A stretch of 64,000 nt of DNA, taken from assembly GCA_964402895.1 (NCBI GenBank), contig CAYODR010000002.1:41666-105665 (forward strand), in the 5' to 3' direction. Shown here one piece after another: positions 37,516 to 47,456 of this stretch; within the stretch, counting starts at the first letter, position 1; every line of letters starts with the position of its first letter. This stretch comes from an uncultured Candidatus Saccharibacteria bacterium (GTDB lineage Bacteria; Patescibacteriota; Minisyncoccia; Phycocordibacterales; UBA9973). The notes under the pieces were generated by a model. The model made no database searches. It had not been told where the DNA came from and saw nothing but the letters and a program-made list of their open reading frames with translations. Both the position numbers and the translations under genes were made by a program.

Positions 37516-37854
37516 TTATTTCTTCTTAGCTGGAGCTTCACCTAGAGTAACCTCTACATGACTTGTGCGTTTATTGATACGCTTTGCGACTCCCATAGCG
37601 CGGGGCATTATACGCTTAAGCACAATACCTTTGTTAACCTCTATATTTTTGACAACTAGAGATTCTGGATTTACTCCGAGAATTTGTGCATTAGCAACAG
37701 CACTCTTAATGAGTTTTTGAATTGGTTCCGCTGCACGCTTTGGCATATAAGACAAAACAGTGTCAGCAGTTTCTATATTTTTGCCCTTTACAGCATCCGC
37801 TACTAAGCGAACCTTTCTTGGACTTTGGCGATAATTAGGAAGTGAAGCTTTCAT
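37516..37854 (-). CDS. rplV: 50S ribosomal protein L22
   Basis: 112 aa; operon position; SPRKVRLVAD. Confidence 0.9.
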   Translation of the reverse strand: MKASLPNYRQSPRKVRLVADAVKGKNIETADTVLSYMPKRAAEPIQKLIKSAVANAQILGVNPESLVVKNIEVNKGIVLKRIMPRAMGVAKRINKRTSHVEVTLGEAPAKKK

Positions 37855-37863
37855 ATATTAAAA

Positions 37864-38208
37864 TTATTTTTTCTTATCAGAAGTAGATGCCTTCGCTGCT
37901 CTTGCTGCTGCTATTTCTGATTCTTTCTTTTTCTGATCAAGCTCTTTTTGCATCTTACCTCCATGGCGTGTGAACTTACGAGTAGGTGAAAATTCACCCA
38001 GCCTGTGTCCGACCATATCTTCAGTAACAAGAACTTCTATGTGTTGACGACCGTTGTGTACTCCGAAAGTAAAACCAACCATTTCTGGAGCTATCTGACT
38101 GTCTCTTGACCATGTCTTAATAACACCAGCTGAAAGTGGCTGTTTTCCTTCGATTTTTTTAATTAGCTTTGGGTCAACATATGGACCCTTGTGTAGTGAT
38201 CTTGTCAT
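37864..38208 (-). CDS. rpsS: 30S ribosomal protein S19 (with lysine-rich C-terminal extension)
   Basis: Start trimmed to [12 protein letters not shown]; ORF-track N-terminal 22 aa are hydrophobic junk. Confidence 0.85.
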   Translation of the reverse strand: MTRSLHKGPYVDPKLIKKIEGKQPLSAGVIKTWSRDSQIAPEMVGFTFGVHNGRQHIEVLVTEDMVGHRLGEFSPTRKFTRHGGKMQKELDQKKKESEIAAARAAKASTSDKKK

Positions 38209-38289
38209 GATTTTAATAAAAAGAGGCTCTTTCTGAGCTGATGCATATATTAGCAAATTATAGATTAATGTCAAATATTTCCTCTATAT

Positions 38290-38685
38290 TTAAAAGATTA
38301 GCACCCAAATCTTAGGAAGAAAAATTATAAGTCCAATAATAAGCGCCCCAATTCCTGCTATGAGCACAGCTCCTGCTGCAACATCTTTTGAGTCTTTTGC
38401 ATATGGATGATATTCTGGACTACTTAAATCTACATCAAACTCTATTGCCGTATTAACAGCTTCAGTCACAAGTACACCCGATATAGCCAAAACAACCATA
38501 CACCACTCTACAGGGCTTATCTGGAGCCAAAAACCCATACATATGACTAGAATACCCACAGACAAATGTATCCATGAATTATGTTGAGTCAAAACTATAA
38601 CTCTTAAACCACGAAAGGCGTATTTAAAACTTCTTGCCCTTGCAATAATAGAGAATCTCTTTTTTTCTGGGATTAGATTGTTCAT
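38290..38685 (-). CDS. dgkA: diacylglycerol/undecaprenol kinase (DgkA family)
   Basis: 131 aa; RARSFKYAFRGLRVIVLTQHNSWIHL...EAVNTAIEFDVDLSSPEYHPYAKDSKDVAAGAVL matches prokaryotic DAGK; inserted between rpsS and rplB. Confidence 0.8.
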   Translation of the reverse strand: MNNLIPEKKRFSIIARARSFKYAFRGLRVIVLTQHNSWIHLSVGILVICMGFWLQISPVEWCMVVLAISGVLVTEAVNTAIEFDVDLSSPEYHPYAKDSKDVAAGAVLIAGIGALIIGLIIFLPKIWVLIF

Positions 38686-38768
38686 CTAAATATTATAACA
38701 CTATTTATTTTAAAGGTTCATAATGGTAACTAATTTTAATATTGTATTTTTGTATCTATAATAAAAAA

Positions 38769-39282
38769 CTAATTTGCTATTTTTACATAGTTTCCAGGAA
38801 TACTATTATTTAAAGAGGATTTTCTACAATTAAGATAGGTATCATATGACATATCTTCGCCAGATCCAGATTCTAGTCTAACAAAAATTATATATCTATC
38901 TACAGAACCAACGGGCGTACACCCCGTATAATCTCTTCTGTAATAAGCATACTCATGTGAATTTGGTAAACTTGAAATATATGGAGATAAAGAGTTAACT
39001 AGATTAGTTCTACCTGAATTACTTAAAAATCCTAAAGTTTCAGGGTAAATACCATTTTCAGCAAAATGCATTTCAAGTGCTGTTTGAATATTTTTAGCAG
39101 TAGCAAGCCTTGCGGCATCTCTCGCTTTACCTCTCGCACTATTTAAGCTTGCTATCACAACTGTTGCGAGTATTCCAATAATTGCTATCACTACTAATAG
39201 TTCTATCAGAGTGAAGGCTCTACTTTTTAGTGTATACCCCCCCCCCTATTTGTCTTTTAGAGTTTGCTGGTAAAATTTTCAT
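38769..39282 (-). pseudogene. type IV pilin-like gene, leader-peptide region frameshifted by a 10-nt poly-G tract (phase-OFF)
   Basis: ATG 39282 encodes MKILPANSKRQIGGG then the 10-G run (39237..39246) puts the pilin body (AFTLIELLVVIAIIGILATVV... from 39191) in another frame; removing one G gives MKILPANSKRQIGGGYTLKSRAFTLIELL. Confidence 0.65.
39237..39246. repeat. homopolymeric C10/G10 tract
   Basis: tataCCCCCCCCCCtattt. Confidence 0.85.
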
Positions 39283-39319
39283 GATTTTATTGTATCATAT
39301 TTTAATTTTACCCCACAAA

Positions 39320-39970
39320 TCAAATAGGTCCATTAGACATCCTATAATGAATAGCACCTGTAGATGTATAAGTTATTTTCCCACATCTTCTTTTTGTATT
39401 ATTATCCTCTGAAGATTCGTGCGGATCAAAAATATCATTAAGTTTATTAAAAATATCTAATAAAGAACTCTCTCCTGATGAAATAAAAAGATTAACTCCA
39501 TTAGTGGGAGCATTTGAAGTTGAGGCACAGGTTGAAACCTCATGGAAATTACCATCATTATCATACGCATAATTATTCCCATTATGAGGAAATGGAAACA
39601 CGGGCGCAGAAGAAAGATAATTTGAAAAATTAGTAGTATTTGAAGATATTGCTTGAGCTATAGATGGATTCGATGTACTTGAAGTTAAAGCATAAGTACA
39701 ATAAGTAGAAGCATGGCTATTTCTCTCTTTAGGCCAACAACCTGTTTCTAACAAAAGCATATTAAATGCCAATTCTATACTTCTTAGATCTGATGCAACT
39801 TTTGAAATTCTAGATTTCTCTCTTGCACTATTTAGACTTGCAATTACAACTGCAGCTAAGATTCCTATAATAGCTATCACTACTAGTAGCTCTATGAGGG
39901 TGAAAGCTTTTCTATAGGATGAATACCTAAATCTTATTTGCCTTTTAGAATCCGCCTGCAAATTTTTCAT
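39320..39970 (-). CDS. type IV pilin-like protein
   Basis: Start MKNLQADSKRQIRFRYSSYRKAFTLIELLVVIAIIGILAAVVIASLNSA; 216 aa; conserved upstream motif gtttttattataacat. Confidence 0.75.
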   Translation of the reverse strand: MKNLQADSKRQIRFRYSSYRKAFTLIELLVVIAIIGILAAVVIASLNSAREKSRISKVASDLRSIELAFNMLLLETGCWPKERNSHASTYCTYALTSSTSNPSIAQAISSNTTNFSNYLSSAPVFPFPHNGNNYAYDNDGNFHEVSTCASTSNAPTNGVNLFISSGESSLLDIFNKLNDIFDPHESSEDNNTKRRCGKITYTSTGAIHYRMSNGPI

Positions 39971-40133
39971 GTTTTTATTATAACATATAAAATACAAAGG
40001 TCCTTCGGGATCCATCTCCTAAAATGGAGATAGAAAAAGCTAGAGCATCAATGCTCTAATTTTTGTTTTTATATCTAAAAAATCTATTTATTGATATATT
40101 GATCTTTGGAATTTCTAACAAATACTAAAGCTT

Positions 40134-40238
40134 CGAAATACATTCCTATTTTTAGACACGGATAAATTTCTGCTGAAATTTTCCTGTTCTCGCGCCAGTA
40201 GCGCTGCGAAAGTCTAAAAATAGGAATGTATTTTTTCG
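40134..40238. repeat. large hairpin element: 22-bp perfect inverted repeat flanking ~58-nt loop with inner GC hairpin
   Basis: aaatacattcctatttttagac ... gtctaaaaataggaatgtattt; inner cgcgccagtagcgctgcg. Confidence 0.7.
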
Positions 40239-40259
40239 CTTTATTTCTTATACAAAACA

Positions 40260-40290
40260 AAAAAACCGCTGATGCGGTTTTTTGTTTAAT
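40260..40290 (-). terminator. terminator downstream of rplB
   Basis: aaaaaaccgctgatgcggttttttgtt. Confidence 0.6.
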
Positions 40291-40291
40291 A

Positions 40292-41137
40292 TTATCTCTT
40301 TCCGTTTTTGCGGCGAGCAACAATATTTTTGTTTGAGTACTTCTTCGGAGTTCTTGTACGCACACCGTAAGCTTGCTTACCGTGACGAGTCTTAGGGCCA
40401 CGACGAAGACCAATACCTTGTTTTTGTTCACCTCCACCATGTGGGTGATCTACCGGGTTCATGGCAGTACCACGAACTGTAGGACGGATACCTTTCCATC
40501 TTGAACGACCCGCTTTACCGAGTTTTACAAGTTTGTGTTCACTGTTTGATACTTCACCAACAGATGCCCATGCTGTGTTTTGAACACGGCGGATTTCTGT
40601 TGAAGGCATCTTAAGCTGAGTATATCCATCTTGTTGAGCTACAACTTGAGCATAACTTCCTGCACTTCTTACAAGTTTTGCACCTGCTCCTGGTTTGATT
40701 TCTATATTGTATACAAATGTACCAGAAGGAATATTTTTAAGCGGAAGACGATTGCCTGTTTCAACAGGAGCGTTTTCAGATACGATAAATGTATCTCCCA
40801 CCTTTACAGATCCTGGAAGTACCACATATCTTTTTTCACCATCAGCATATACAGCTACTCCAATAAATGCACTTCTGTTTGGATCGTATTCTACTGTAGA
40901 GATTTTTGCAGGAATATCGTGTTTGTTGTAGAAAAAGTCTACAAGACGATAAAGTCTTTTATTTCCTGATCCTTTATGAGGAACAGTAATTCTACCCATA
41001 TTATTGCGGCCAACATGACGCTTACGCCCTAATGTCAAAGACTTTAGAGGTGTATCTGTAGTAAGTACTTTACGATAATCAATCGTAACTGTATTACGGC
41101 GAGATTTTGTAGTTGGTTTATATGTTTTCATTGCCAT
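40292..41137 (-). CDS. rplB: 50S ribosomal protein L2
   Basis: 281 aa; GRNNMGRITV..HKGSG, HPHGGGE motifs. Confidence 0.95.
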   Translation of the reverse strand: MAMKTYKPTTKSRRNTVTIDYRKVLTTDTPLKSLTLGRKRHVGRNNMGRITVPHKGSGNKRLYRLVDFFYNKHDIPAKISTVEYDPNRSAFIGVAVYADGEKRYVVLPGSVKVGDTFIVSENAPVETGNRLPLKNIPSGTFVYNIEIKPGAGAKLVRSAGSYAQVVAQQDGYTQLKMPSTEIRRVQNTAWASVGEVSNSEHKLVKLGKAGRSRWKGIRPTVRGTAMNPVDHPHGGGEQKQGIGLRRGPKTRHGKQAYGVRTRTPKKYSNKNIVARRKNGKR

Positions 41138-41141
41138 AAAA

Positions 41142-41447
41142 TTATGCGATATCTACTGTTACTCCTTTTGGAAGGAATACATATGCTTTCTTACCAAAAG
41201 TACCTTTTCCTAACTGACCACGACGGAAATAAGTCTTTGGGATTGAATTTACTGTGTTAACCTTAACTGGTTTTTTGTTGTATTTTGCTTGAAAAGCTTT
41301 TGCGATTTCACTTTTAGTTGCACCTACTGCCACATTAAAAGTGTAGATACTATACTGAGAGTTATTTGCGGCCTTTTCAGTAATGCGAGCATCTTTAAGA
41401 ATCACATTTTTTACAACTTCTTCTTTTTTTGTTTCTTTTTTTGCCAT
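41142..41447 (-). CDS. rplW: 50S ribosomal protein L23
   Basis: 101 aa; operon position. Confidence 0.9.
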   Translation of the reverse strand: MAKKETKKEEVVKNVILKDARITEKAANNSQYSIYTFNVAVGATKSEIAKAFQAKYNKKPVKVNTVNSIPKTYFRRGQLGKGTFGKKAYVFLPKGVTVDIA

Positions 41448-41464
41448 ACCTTAACTCTTTATAA

Positions 41465-42172
41465 TTATTTAATCTTAGCCTCTAAAGACTTAATTGATTC
41501 TTCTGGATTAACCACAACAATCGTATTGAAAGTTGAAGCATTTAGTGCGTTTAATTCTGATGCCGTAATCACAGTAACACCTGGAAGGTTAGCAAAACTC
41601 TTTACAAGAATTTCTTCCTTTTCTGGTACTACCATAAGAACTCCTGTTTTCTTTTTTGTATCAACTCTTTCAAAACCTTCAATTTTAGCAAGAGTACTCA
41701 TAACTGATGAAGCATCTTTTGTTTTGATTTCACCAAATAGAATATTGTCTACAAATAATATTTGACTATCAACGAATCTTTTTGAAAGTACTGTAAATAG
41801 AGCTTTCACTCTCATTTTTTTGTTGATTTTCTTTGAATAGTCTTTTTCATTTCTAGGGCCGAAAGTTGTTCCTCCGCCTACCCAGATAGGAGATCTATTT
41901 GATCCATGACGAGCACGTCCTGTACCTTTTTGTTTCCATGGTTTTTTACCACCACCTGAAACCTCACCTCTATCTTTTGTGTGAGCAGTACCAGCACGCA
42001 TGTTTGATTGCATTCCTACAATCACTTGGTGTACCAAGTCTCCATTCCAAGCAAGACCGAAAATATTTCCTGGAATACTGATTTTACCAGCATCTTTTCC
42101 TTTTTGGTTATAGAGTGTTGCAGATAGTTCTACATTTTCTACCTTTTTTGATTTTGTTGTTTCTTTTTTCAT
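41465..42172 (-). CDS. rplD: 50S ribosomal protein L4
   Basis: 235 aa; operon position; GTGRARHGS motif. Confidence 0.9.
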   Translation of the reverse strand: MKKETTKSKKVENVELSATLYNQKGKDAGKISIPGNIFGLAWNGDLVHQVIVGMQSNMRAGTAHTKDRGEVSGGGKKPWKQKGTGRARHGSNRSPIWVGGGTTFGPRNEKDYSKKINKKMRVKALFTVLSKRFVDSQILFVDNILFGEIKTKDASSVMSTLAKIEGFERVDTKKKTGVLMVVPEKEEILVKSFANLPGVTVITASELNALNASTFNTIVVVNPEESIKSLEAKIK

Positions 42173-42182
42173 ATTTCAACTC

Positions 42183-42794
42183 TTAACCAATTATTTGTAC
42201 AACTGTTCCACGACGACCAGCAATAGCACCACTTATAGCGATGATATTTTTTTCTGTATCAACAGAAACAACCTTCAGACCTTTTACAGTCACAGTGTCG
42301 CCCCCTGTTCTACCCGCCATGCGCATACCTTTTACAACACGACCTCCAGCTCTTCCTGGACCTCCACCAATAGAACCCGGTTCTCTTTCTGAGTGTTTTT
42401 GACCGTGTGATCTAGGACCTCCAGCGAAATTGTGTCTTTTAACAACACCTTGAAAACCTTTTGCTTTTGATGTACTTGTCACAGTTACAGCATCACCTGG
42501 TGTAAAAGCATCTACAGAAACAACATCACCGATATTTTTATCAATGTTTGCATCTTTAAATTCTTTTATAGTCTTATAGCCTTTTCCGCCAAAAGCACCT
42601 AGCTGAGCTTTATTCACGCGACTTTCTTTTTGTTCTTCAAAACCAAGAACAACAGCACTATAGCCATCTCTTTCAAGAGTTTTGATACCTGCAACTACGT
42701 TTGGAGTCGCTTCCACAAGCGTAACAGGTGTAACACGACCGTTTTCATCGAAACGTTGTGTCATTTCTATCTTTTTTCCTAATATATATTTCAT
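42183..42794 (-). CDS. rplC: 50S ribosomal protein L3
   Basis: 203 aa; FQGVVKRHNFAGGPRSHG motif. Confidence 0.9.
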   Translation of the reverse strand: MKYILGKKIEMTQRFDENGRVTPVTLVEATPNVVAGIKTLERDGYSAVVLGFEEQKESRVNKAQLGAFGGKGYKTIKEFKDANIDKNIGDVVSVDAFTPGDAVTVTSTSKAKGFQGVVKRHNFAGGPRSHGQKHSEREPGSIGGGPGRAGGRVVKGMRMAGRTGGDTVTVKGLKVVSVDTEKNIIAISGAIAGRRGTVVQIIG

Positions 42795-42929
42795 AATTTA
42801 TGTTCATGCCCCTTGCTGATTATGATAATTTAGCAAGTTTTGGGTATTGGACCATTGCAAATAGTATTAAATGCAAGTGGGTATGATTATACACATTTTT
42901 TTTTAAATCGCAATATCTAAATCATTAGC

Positions 42930-43640
42930 CTATTTACCACATAAAACTCTTCGAATTAGCGTTTTATCCTCAAGAACAGTTGATCCATTATCAAGCCTAA
43001 TCCTAAAAGCTGTATCAGCACTAACAGAAGTCCCTGACCAATATTGAACACTTGATGCATAATTTGCATTGTGAATATCAAATAAAGCTTTCATAGAAGA
43101 TACTCCTGGAACCCTTTTGCTAAGTGACGCACAATAAGCCAATGCCCCATCAAAAGTATAACTGGAAACAGAGCTTGCACTATCTAACTCTAAAATCCCA
43201 TGAGGGTCAGCAGTATAATTAATATCTCTATATAGCACGCCTATACCGAAATCTATTGAATTTAGAGTAGCGCTCCCGATATAACAATTTGCATTTGATA
43301 TAACATTTAGAGAATCTAAAATTGAAACAATTTTTTGATCATTACACAAACCAGCATAAGAACCATTATTATCTAAATAATACACATGTGCTTGAGACAC
43401 CGCATTTCTTAAATTAGATTTAATCGCTGCTATTCTCCCTCTATCTCTTGCACTGTTTAATGACGCTATCACTACCCCCGCAAGTATTCCTATAATTGAG
43501 ATGACGACTAAGAGTTCAATGAGAGTGAAAGCTTTACTTTTTATTGTATACCTCCCCATAGAATTTTTGAAAAATTGATTAACTTTTTCATTGGTTTTAT
43601 TATAACATTTAATAATTTCAAAAAGAAACCTTATCTTCAC
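42930..43640 (-). CDS. type IV pilin-like protein (start uncertain: 43640 or internal MGRYTIKSK at 43559)
   Basis: KAFTLIELLVVISIIGILAGVVIASLNSARDRG...; conserved MKKL-type leader ATG (43591) is out of frame at the GGGGAGG tract. Confidence 0.7.
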   Translation of the reverse strand: MKIRFLFEIIKCYNKTNEKVNQFFKNSMGRYTIKSKAFTLIELLVVISIIGILAGVVIASLNSARDRGRIAAIKSNLRNAVSQAHVYYLDNNGSYAGLCNDQKIVSILDSLNVISNANCYIGSATLNSIDFGIGVLYRDINYTADPHGILELDSASSVSSYTFDGALAYCASLSKRVPGVSSMKALFDIHNANYASSVQYWSGTSVSADTAFRIRLDNGSTVLEDKTLIRRVLCGK

Positions 43641-43792
43641 TCTGTGTTTAGAAAAAAAATAATAACGACAAAGAAAAATTTGTCTCTATTTTATCAAATT
43701 ATTGACCTTTTTAGATATATATGATATAATTAGATATGAAATAGGTGATTTCTCATACCTGTAAGTTGAGATAAATTTTAACAACCAAATAA

Positions 43793-44404
43793 ATGAAAAA
43801 GATTTTATTCTTAGTTTTCGGCGTGCTGGGAATGTTTTTGATTACAACCCTCGGGAGTTGTGAAGGACAGAAACAAAAAGGTTCAAATACCTTTGAAGTT
43901 GAAGTATCTCTTGATACTACAGTGTTTTTCCAAACACCGGTTACAGCCCCTCGCTGGGACTGCAACGGTAACTTACTCCCCGAGCCAAAACTTATTGGAA
44001 GCGAAATCCGTGAAGAAAATATTCAACTCACACGGACTGTTACGATAAACGAAGATGGACAATTAATCTCCAGCGGAGATTATGTATACCCGGTAAAGGT
44101 ATACTCGCCTGATGTCCAGCCCAATATTTGGAGGATGGCTGAAAATCCAATTCTTGGAGTACTGTATTTTTTGGTTCTTCTTACGCTCGTGGCTTTATTA
44201 TTTTTATTTTTCATCTGGCTAATAAAACAAATTATCCAAATGTTGAATAATGATTCTAATCGGTCTCAAGCAGTACCCGAAACGAAGACGGTAGTCCAAG
44301 AAATCACTAAGGAAAAACCGAATTCAGAACCTGAACAACCCGAAAAAAGTGTAGAAATAAAATTCTACAAAAACGGGAAAATCAAAACCCTGAGAATAAC
44401 ATAA
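43793..44404 (+). CDS. hypothetical lipoprotein/membrane protein
   Basis: Signal peptide with LGSC lipobox-like motif, internal TM helix; 203 aa. Confidence 0.45.
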   Translation: MKKILFLVFGVLGMFLITTLGSCEGQKQKGSNTFEVEVSLDTTVFFQTPVTAPRWDCNGNLLPEPKLIGSEIREENIQLTRTVTINEDGQLISSGDYVYPVKVYSPDVQPNIWRMAENPILGVLYFLVLLTLVALLFLFFIWLIKQIIQMLNNDSNRSQAVPETKTVVQEITKEKPNSEPEQPEKSVEIKFYKNGKIKTLRIT

Positions 44405-44538
44405 ATATTCAAAGTTTTGACCCAAAAAGTCTTGTGTAGTATGCACAAGACTTTTTTTCTTGCCTATTATTTTTGTTTTTTAAATAAAAATAGATTTTAT
44501 ATAAAATCTTCAATATTTAAGTTAGCGTCTTTTATTAT

Positions 44539-44710
44539 CCTAATTATAAAGTCCTTTCTTAATTTCTCTATTATGAATAGGAACTATGATTAAGGGGTGA
44601 CCACTTTTTTTAAATATTTTATGACTTCCTTTTTGTCTGATAAATACAAAACCTGATTTTTCTAAAATCTTTACTAAATCCTTATCTAAAATCGGATGAA
44701 ACTTAGGCAT
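44539..44710 (-). pseudogene. hicA: HicA family toxin gene with +1 frameshift
   Basis: MPKFHPILDKDLVKILEKSGFVF then frame shifts; HicA core RQKGSHKIFKKSGHPLIIVPIHNREIKKGLYN continues in next frame; overlaps hicB stop. Confidence 0.6.
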
Positions 44711-44927
44711 TTACAAGTACATTACCAATAATAGGCATAGAGGTATTGTAGTTTTCTCCTAATTCTTCAAGATAAAGCTCTATAGCTTCAATTATATTTT
44801 TTTGAGCTTCTTCAAAAGTTTCTCCTTGACTATAGCACCCTGGTAATCCAGCTACAGACACAACAAATCCTCCTTCTTCAGATGGTTCATATAACACAGT
44901 AAAAAGTTTTTCCTTTTTAATTTCCAT
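44703..44927 (-). CDS. hicB: HicB family antitoxin (UPF0150)
   Basis: 74 aa; FVVSVAGLPGCYSQGETFEEAQKNIIEAIELYLE hallmark motif. Confidence 0.8.
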   Translation of the reverse strand: MEIKKEKLFTVLYEPSEEGGFVVSVAGLPGCYSQGETFEEAQKNIIEAIELYLEELGENYNTSMPIIGNVLVNA

Positions 44928-45009
44928 ATTAAAATACTGACATATTTAAAAGAAAAACTCAACTAAAAAACAAGAATCCCCCGAACGACATGTTCGGGGG
45001 GAGTATTCC

Positions 45010-45294
45010 CTAAAATCTTCTATGGCATGGTTCCCATTTCCACTTACCATTATTTTTTATAAAAAAGAACGAAGTATTTTTAAACCAAATACGAACTTTC
45101 TTATAATCGCCAGAAAACATTTCATAAACACCGACTGGTTCACCCAATACGATCCTAAGAATTTCATAAAGATTTTCTTCATCTTTTTTTTGTAAAATTC
45201 CTAAAATTTTTTTAGCCCTGTGTTGTTTAAGAAAAAACTTTACTAACAGCAGTAAAACTATTACTGCTGTTAGTAGGAGTAAAACTATTTCCAT
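45010..45294 (-). CDS. hypothetical membrane protein
   Basis: 94 aa; single N-terminal TM. Confidence 0.4.
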   Translation of the reverse strand: MEIVLLLLTAVIVLLLLVKFFLKQHRAKKILGILQKKDEENLYEILRIVLGEPVGVYEMFSGDYKKVRIWFKNTSFFFIKNNGKWKWEPCHRRF

Positions 45295-45411
45295 TTTGTT
45301 TGGGGTTAAAATTAAACTTTAATTTAATGATATCATATAAATTCTAATCTGTCAATAGTATAGATATATACTCAAAGACAAAAATCCCCTTTCGGGGATT
45401 TTTGTTTTTGA

Positions 45412-45819
45412 CTACATCATCTTTACATCGATATCAACACCAGATGGCATTGAAAGATTGGTCAGAGCTTCAATCACTTTTGGTGATGGGTTCTCAATAT
45501 CAATCAATCTCTTATGAACTCTCATTTCAAATTGTTCACGAGAATCTTTATAAATAAATGTAGAACGGTTTACAGTATACTTCTTGATTTCAGTTGGCAA
45601 AGGAATCGGTCCACGAACTACTGCATCATAGCGTGTAGCTGTATCTATTATTTGTTTTACTGAAGAATCAAGAATTTTATTTTCATAAGCGCGTACTCTA
45701 ATGCGAAGCATTGATTGTACTGCGTCTTTTGAAGCTTTAGTTTTTGCTGTTTTTGCTACCATTTTATAAGGAACTCGGTAAGAATTCTTTGGAATATATG
45801 TGAGTTCTAATGTTTTCAC
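45412..45819 (-). CDS. rpsJ: 30S ribosomal protein S10 (N-terminal extension or alternative start at 45762/45708)
   Basis: Core LRIRVRAYENKILDSSVKQIIDTATRYDAVVRGPIPLPT...HKRLIDI. Confidence 0.85.
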   Translation of the reverse strand: MKTLELTYIPKNSYRVPYKMVAKTAKTKASKDAVQSMLRIRVRAYENKILDSSVKQIIDTATRYDAVVRGPIPLPTEIKKYTVNRSTFIYKDSREQFEMRVHKRLIDIENPSPKVIEALTNLSMPSGVDIDVKMM

Positions 45820-45860
45820 CTATATCTTATCACTTCAAACCATTAAACTATTTTATAGGC

Positions 45861-47051
45861 TTAAGCAACAACTTTCGTTACCACTCCGGCACCTACAGTA
45901 CGACCTCCTTCACGGATAGCGAAGCGCATTTGATCTTCAACTGCTACAGGTACAACAAGCTTAACCTTGATTTTCACAGTATCACCTGGCATAACAAGAT
46001 CTACTCCTTCTGGAAGAGACACTTCACCAGTAACATCTGTTGTACGGATGTAGAATTGAGGTTTGTAACCATTGATGAAAGGAGTGTGTCTACCACCTTC
46101 TTCTTTCTTCAAAACATAGATTTCACCTTCAAATTCTGTGTGAGGAGTAACTGAACCTGGTTTCGCAAGAACTTGTCCACGAGTTAGGTCTTCTTTCTTC
46201 ACACCGCGAAGCAAGATACCTGCGTTGTCACCTGCTTGACCTTGATCAAGAGATTTGTTGAACATTTCAATACCAGTAACAGTTGTTTTTGCAGTATCTT
46301 TAATACCAACAATTTCAATTTCTTCACCAACTTTTACGATACCTCTTTCAACACGACCTGTTACCACAGTACCTCTTCCTTCAATAGAGAAGATATCTTC
46401 GATAGGCATAAGAAATGGCTTATCTGTATCTCTTTCTGGAAGTGGGAAATAGTTATCAAGTGCATCTGCTAATTCAGAAATCTTTTGTGCCCATGGGTCA
46501 TCCATAGATGTTGCTTCAAGACCTTTAAGAGCTGAACCGCGGATGATAGGACAATCCTTATCAAAACCTTGTTTCTCTAGGATTTCACGGATTTCTTCTT
46601 CTACAAGTTCGATCATATCTTGATCTTCTACAAGATCACATTTGTTTAGGAATACGATCATCTTTGGAACACCAACTTGTTTTGCAAGAAGGATGTGCTC
46701 ACGAGTTTGTGGCATTGCACCATCTGTCGCTGCCACCACAAGGATAGCACCGTCCATCTGAGCAGCACCAGTAATCATGTTCTTGATGTAGTCCGCGTGA
46801 CCAGGAGCATCAATGTGCGCATAGTGACGAGTAGGTGTTGAGTACTCGTTGTGAGAAATGTTGATAGTAATACCACGAGCTTTTTCCTCAGGTGCACCAT
46901 CAATTTCATCAACCTTTTTCATTTTTACATCTTCACCTCTTAGGTTAAGGACGTGAAGGATAGCCGCACTTAAAGTTGTTTTACCGTGGTCAACGTGACC
47001 AAGTGTACCAACGTTTACGTGTGGCTTTGAACGATCAAAAGCTTCAGCCAT
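45861..47051 (-). CDS. tuf: elongation factor Tu
   Basis: 396 aa; [21 protein letters not shown]. Confidence 0.95.
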   Translation of the reverse strand: MAEAFDRSKPHVNVGTLGHVDHGKTTLSAAILHVLNLRGEDVKMKKVDEIDGAPEEKARGITINISHNEYSTPTRHYAHIDAPGHADYIKNMITGAAQMDGAILVVAATDGAMPQTREHILLAKQVGVPKMIVFLNKCDLVEDQDMIELVEEEIREILEKQGFDKDCPIIRGSALKGLEATSMDDPWAQKISELADALDNYFPLPERDTDKPFLMPIEDIFSIEGRGTVVTGRVERGIVKVGEEIEIVGIKDTAKTTVTGIEMFNKSLDQGQAGDNAGILLRGVKKEDLTRGQVLAKPGSVTPHTEFEGEIYVLKKEEGGRHTPFINGYKPQFYIRTTDVTGEVSLPEGVDLVMPGDTVKIKVKLVVPVAVEDQMRFAIREGGRTVGAGVVTKVVA

Positions 47052-47206
47052 AATAATAAACTTAAATTAATTCTAATATTTTCTAACAAAAACAATCAGT
47101 TTATTTGAGCAGAAATGCAAAAATAAACGCAAAAATGATTGTGTGATTATGTTACTATGAAATGACTTATAAAGCAAATAAAAACACCATTACTGGTGTT
47201 TTTATT

Positions 47207-47452
47207 TTATGCAACGGATTTGATTCCTAAAGCTGTTTCTGCTCTGTCTATCTTACCCAATAGCTCTGAAAGATTTAATTCATCAAAATCTTTATGGATT
47301 TCGGGTGTGACAGTAGTAGCCACGCCATCAAAACTACCCACCTCATTAAGAATAGTAATGACTTCATTTCTAAGTTCTGAGTTTTTTTCAATTAGAGACT
47401 CTTTACTCTCAGCTTTAATCTCTTGATTGTTTAAAAAATTTTCTTTTTCCAT
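47207..47452 (-). CDS. hypothetical small acidic protein
   Basis: 81 aa ORF between fusA and tuf. Confidence 0.35.
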   Translation of the reverse strand: MEKENFLNNQEIKAESKESLIEKNSELRNEVITILNEVGSFDGVATTVTPEIHKDFDELNLSELLGKIDRAETALGIKSVA

Positions 47453-47456
47453 AATT

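Noticed and set aside
40084-40440. 118-aa minus-strand ORF overlapping the 3' end of rplB
   Set aside because: It spans the rplB terminator and the large hairpin element and has low-complexity content. It is spurious.
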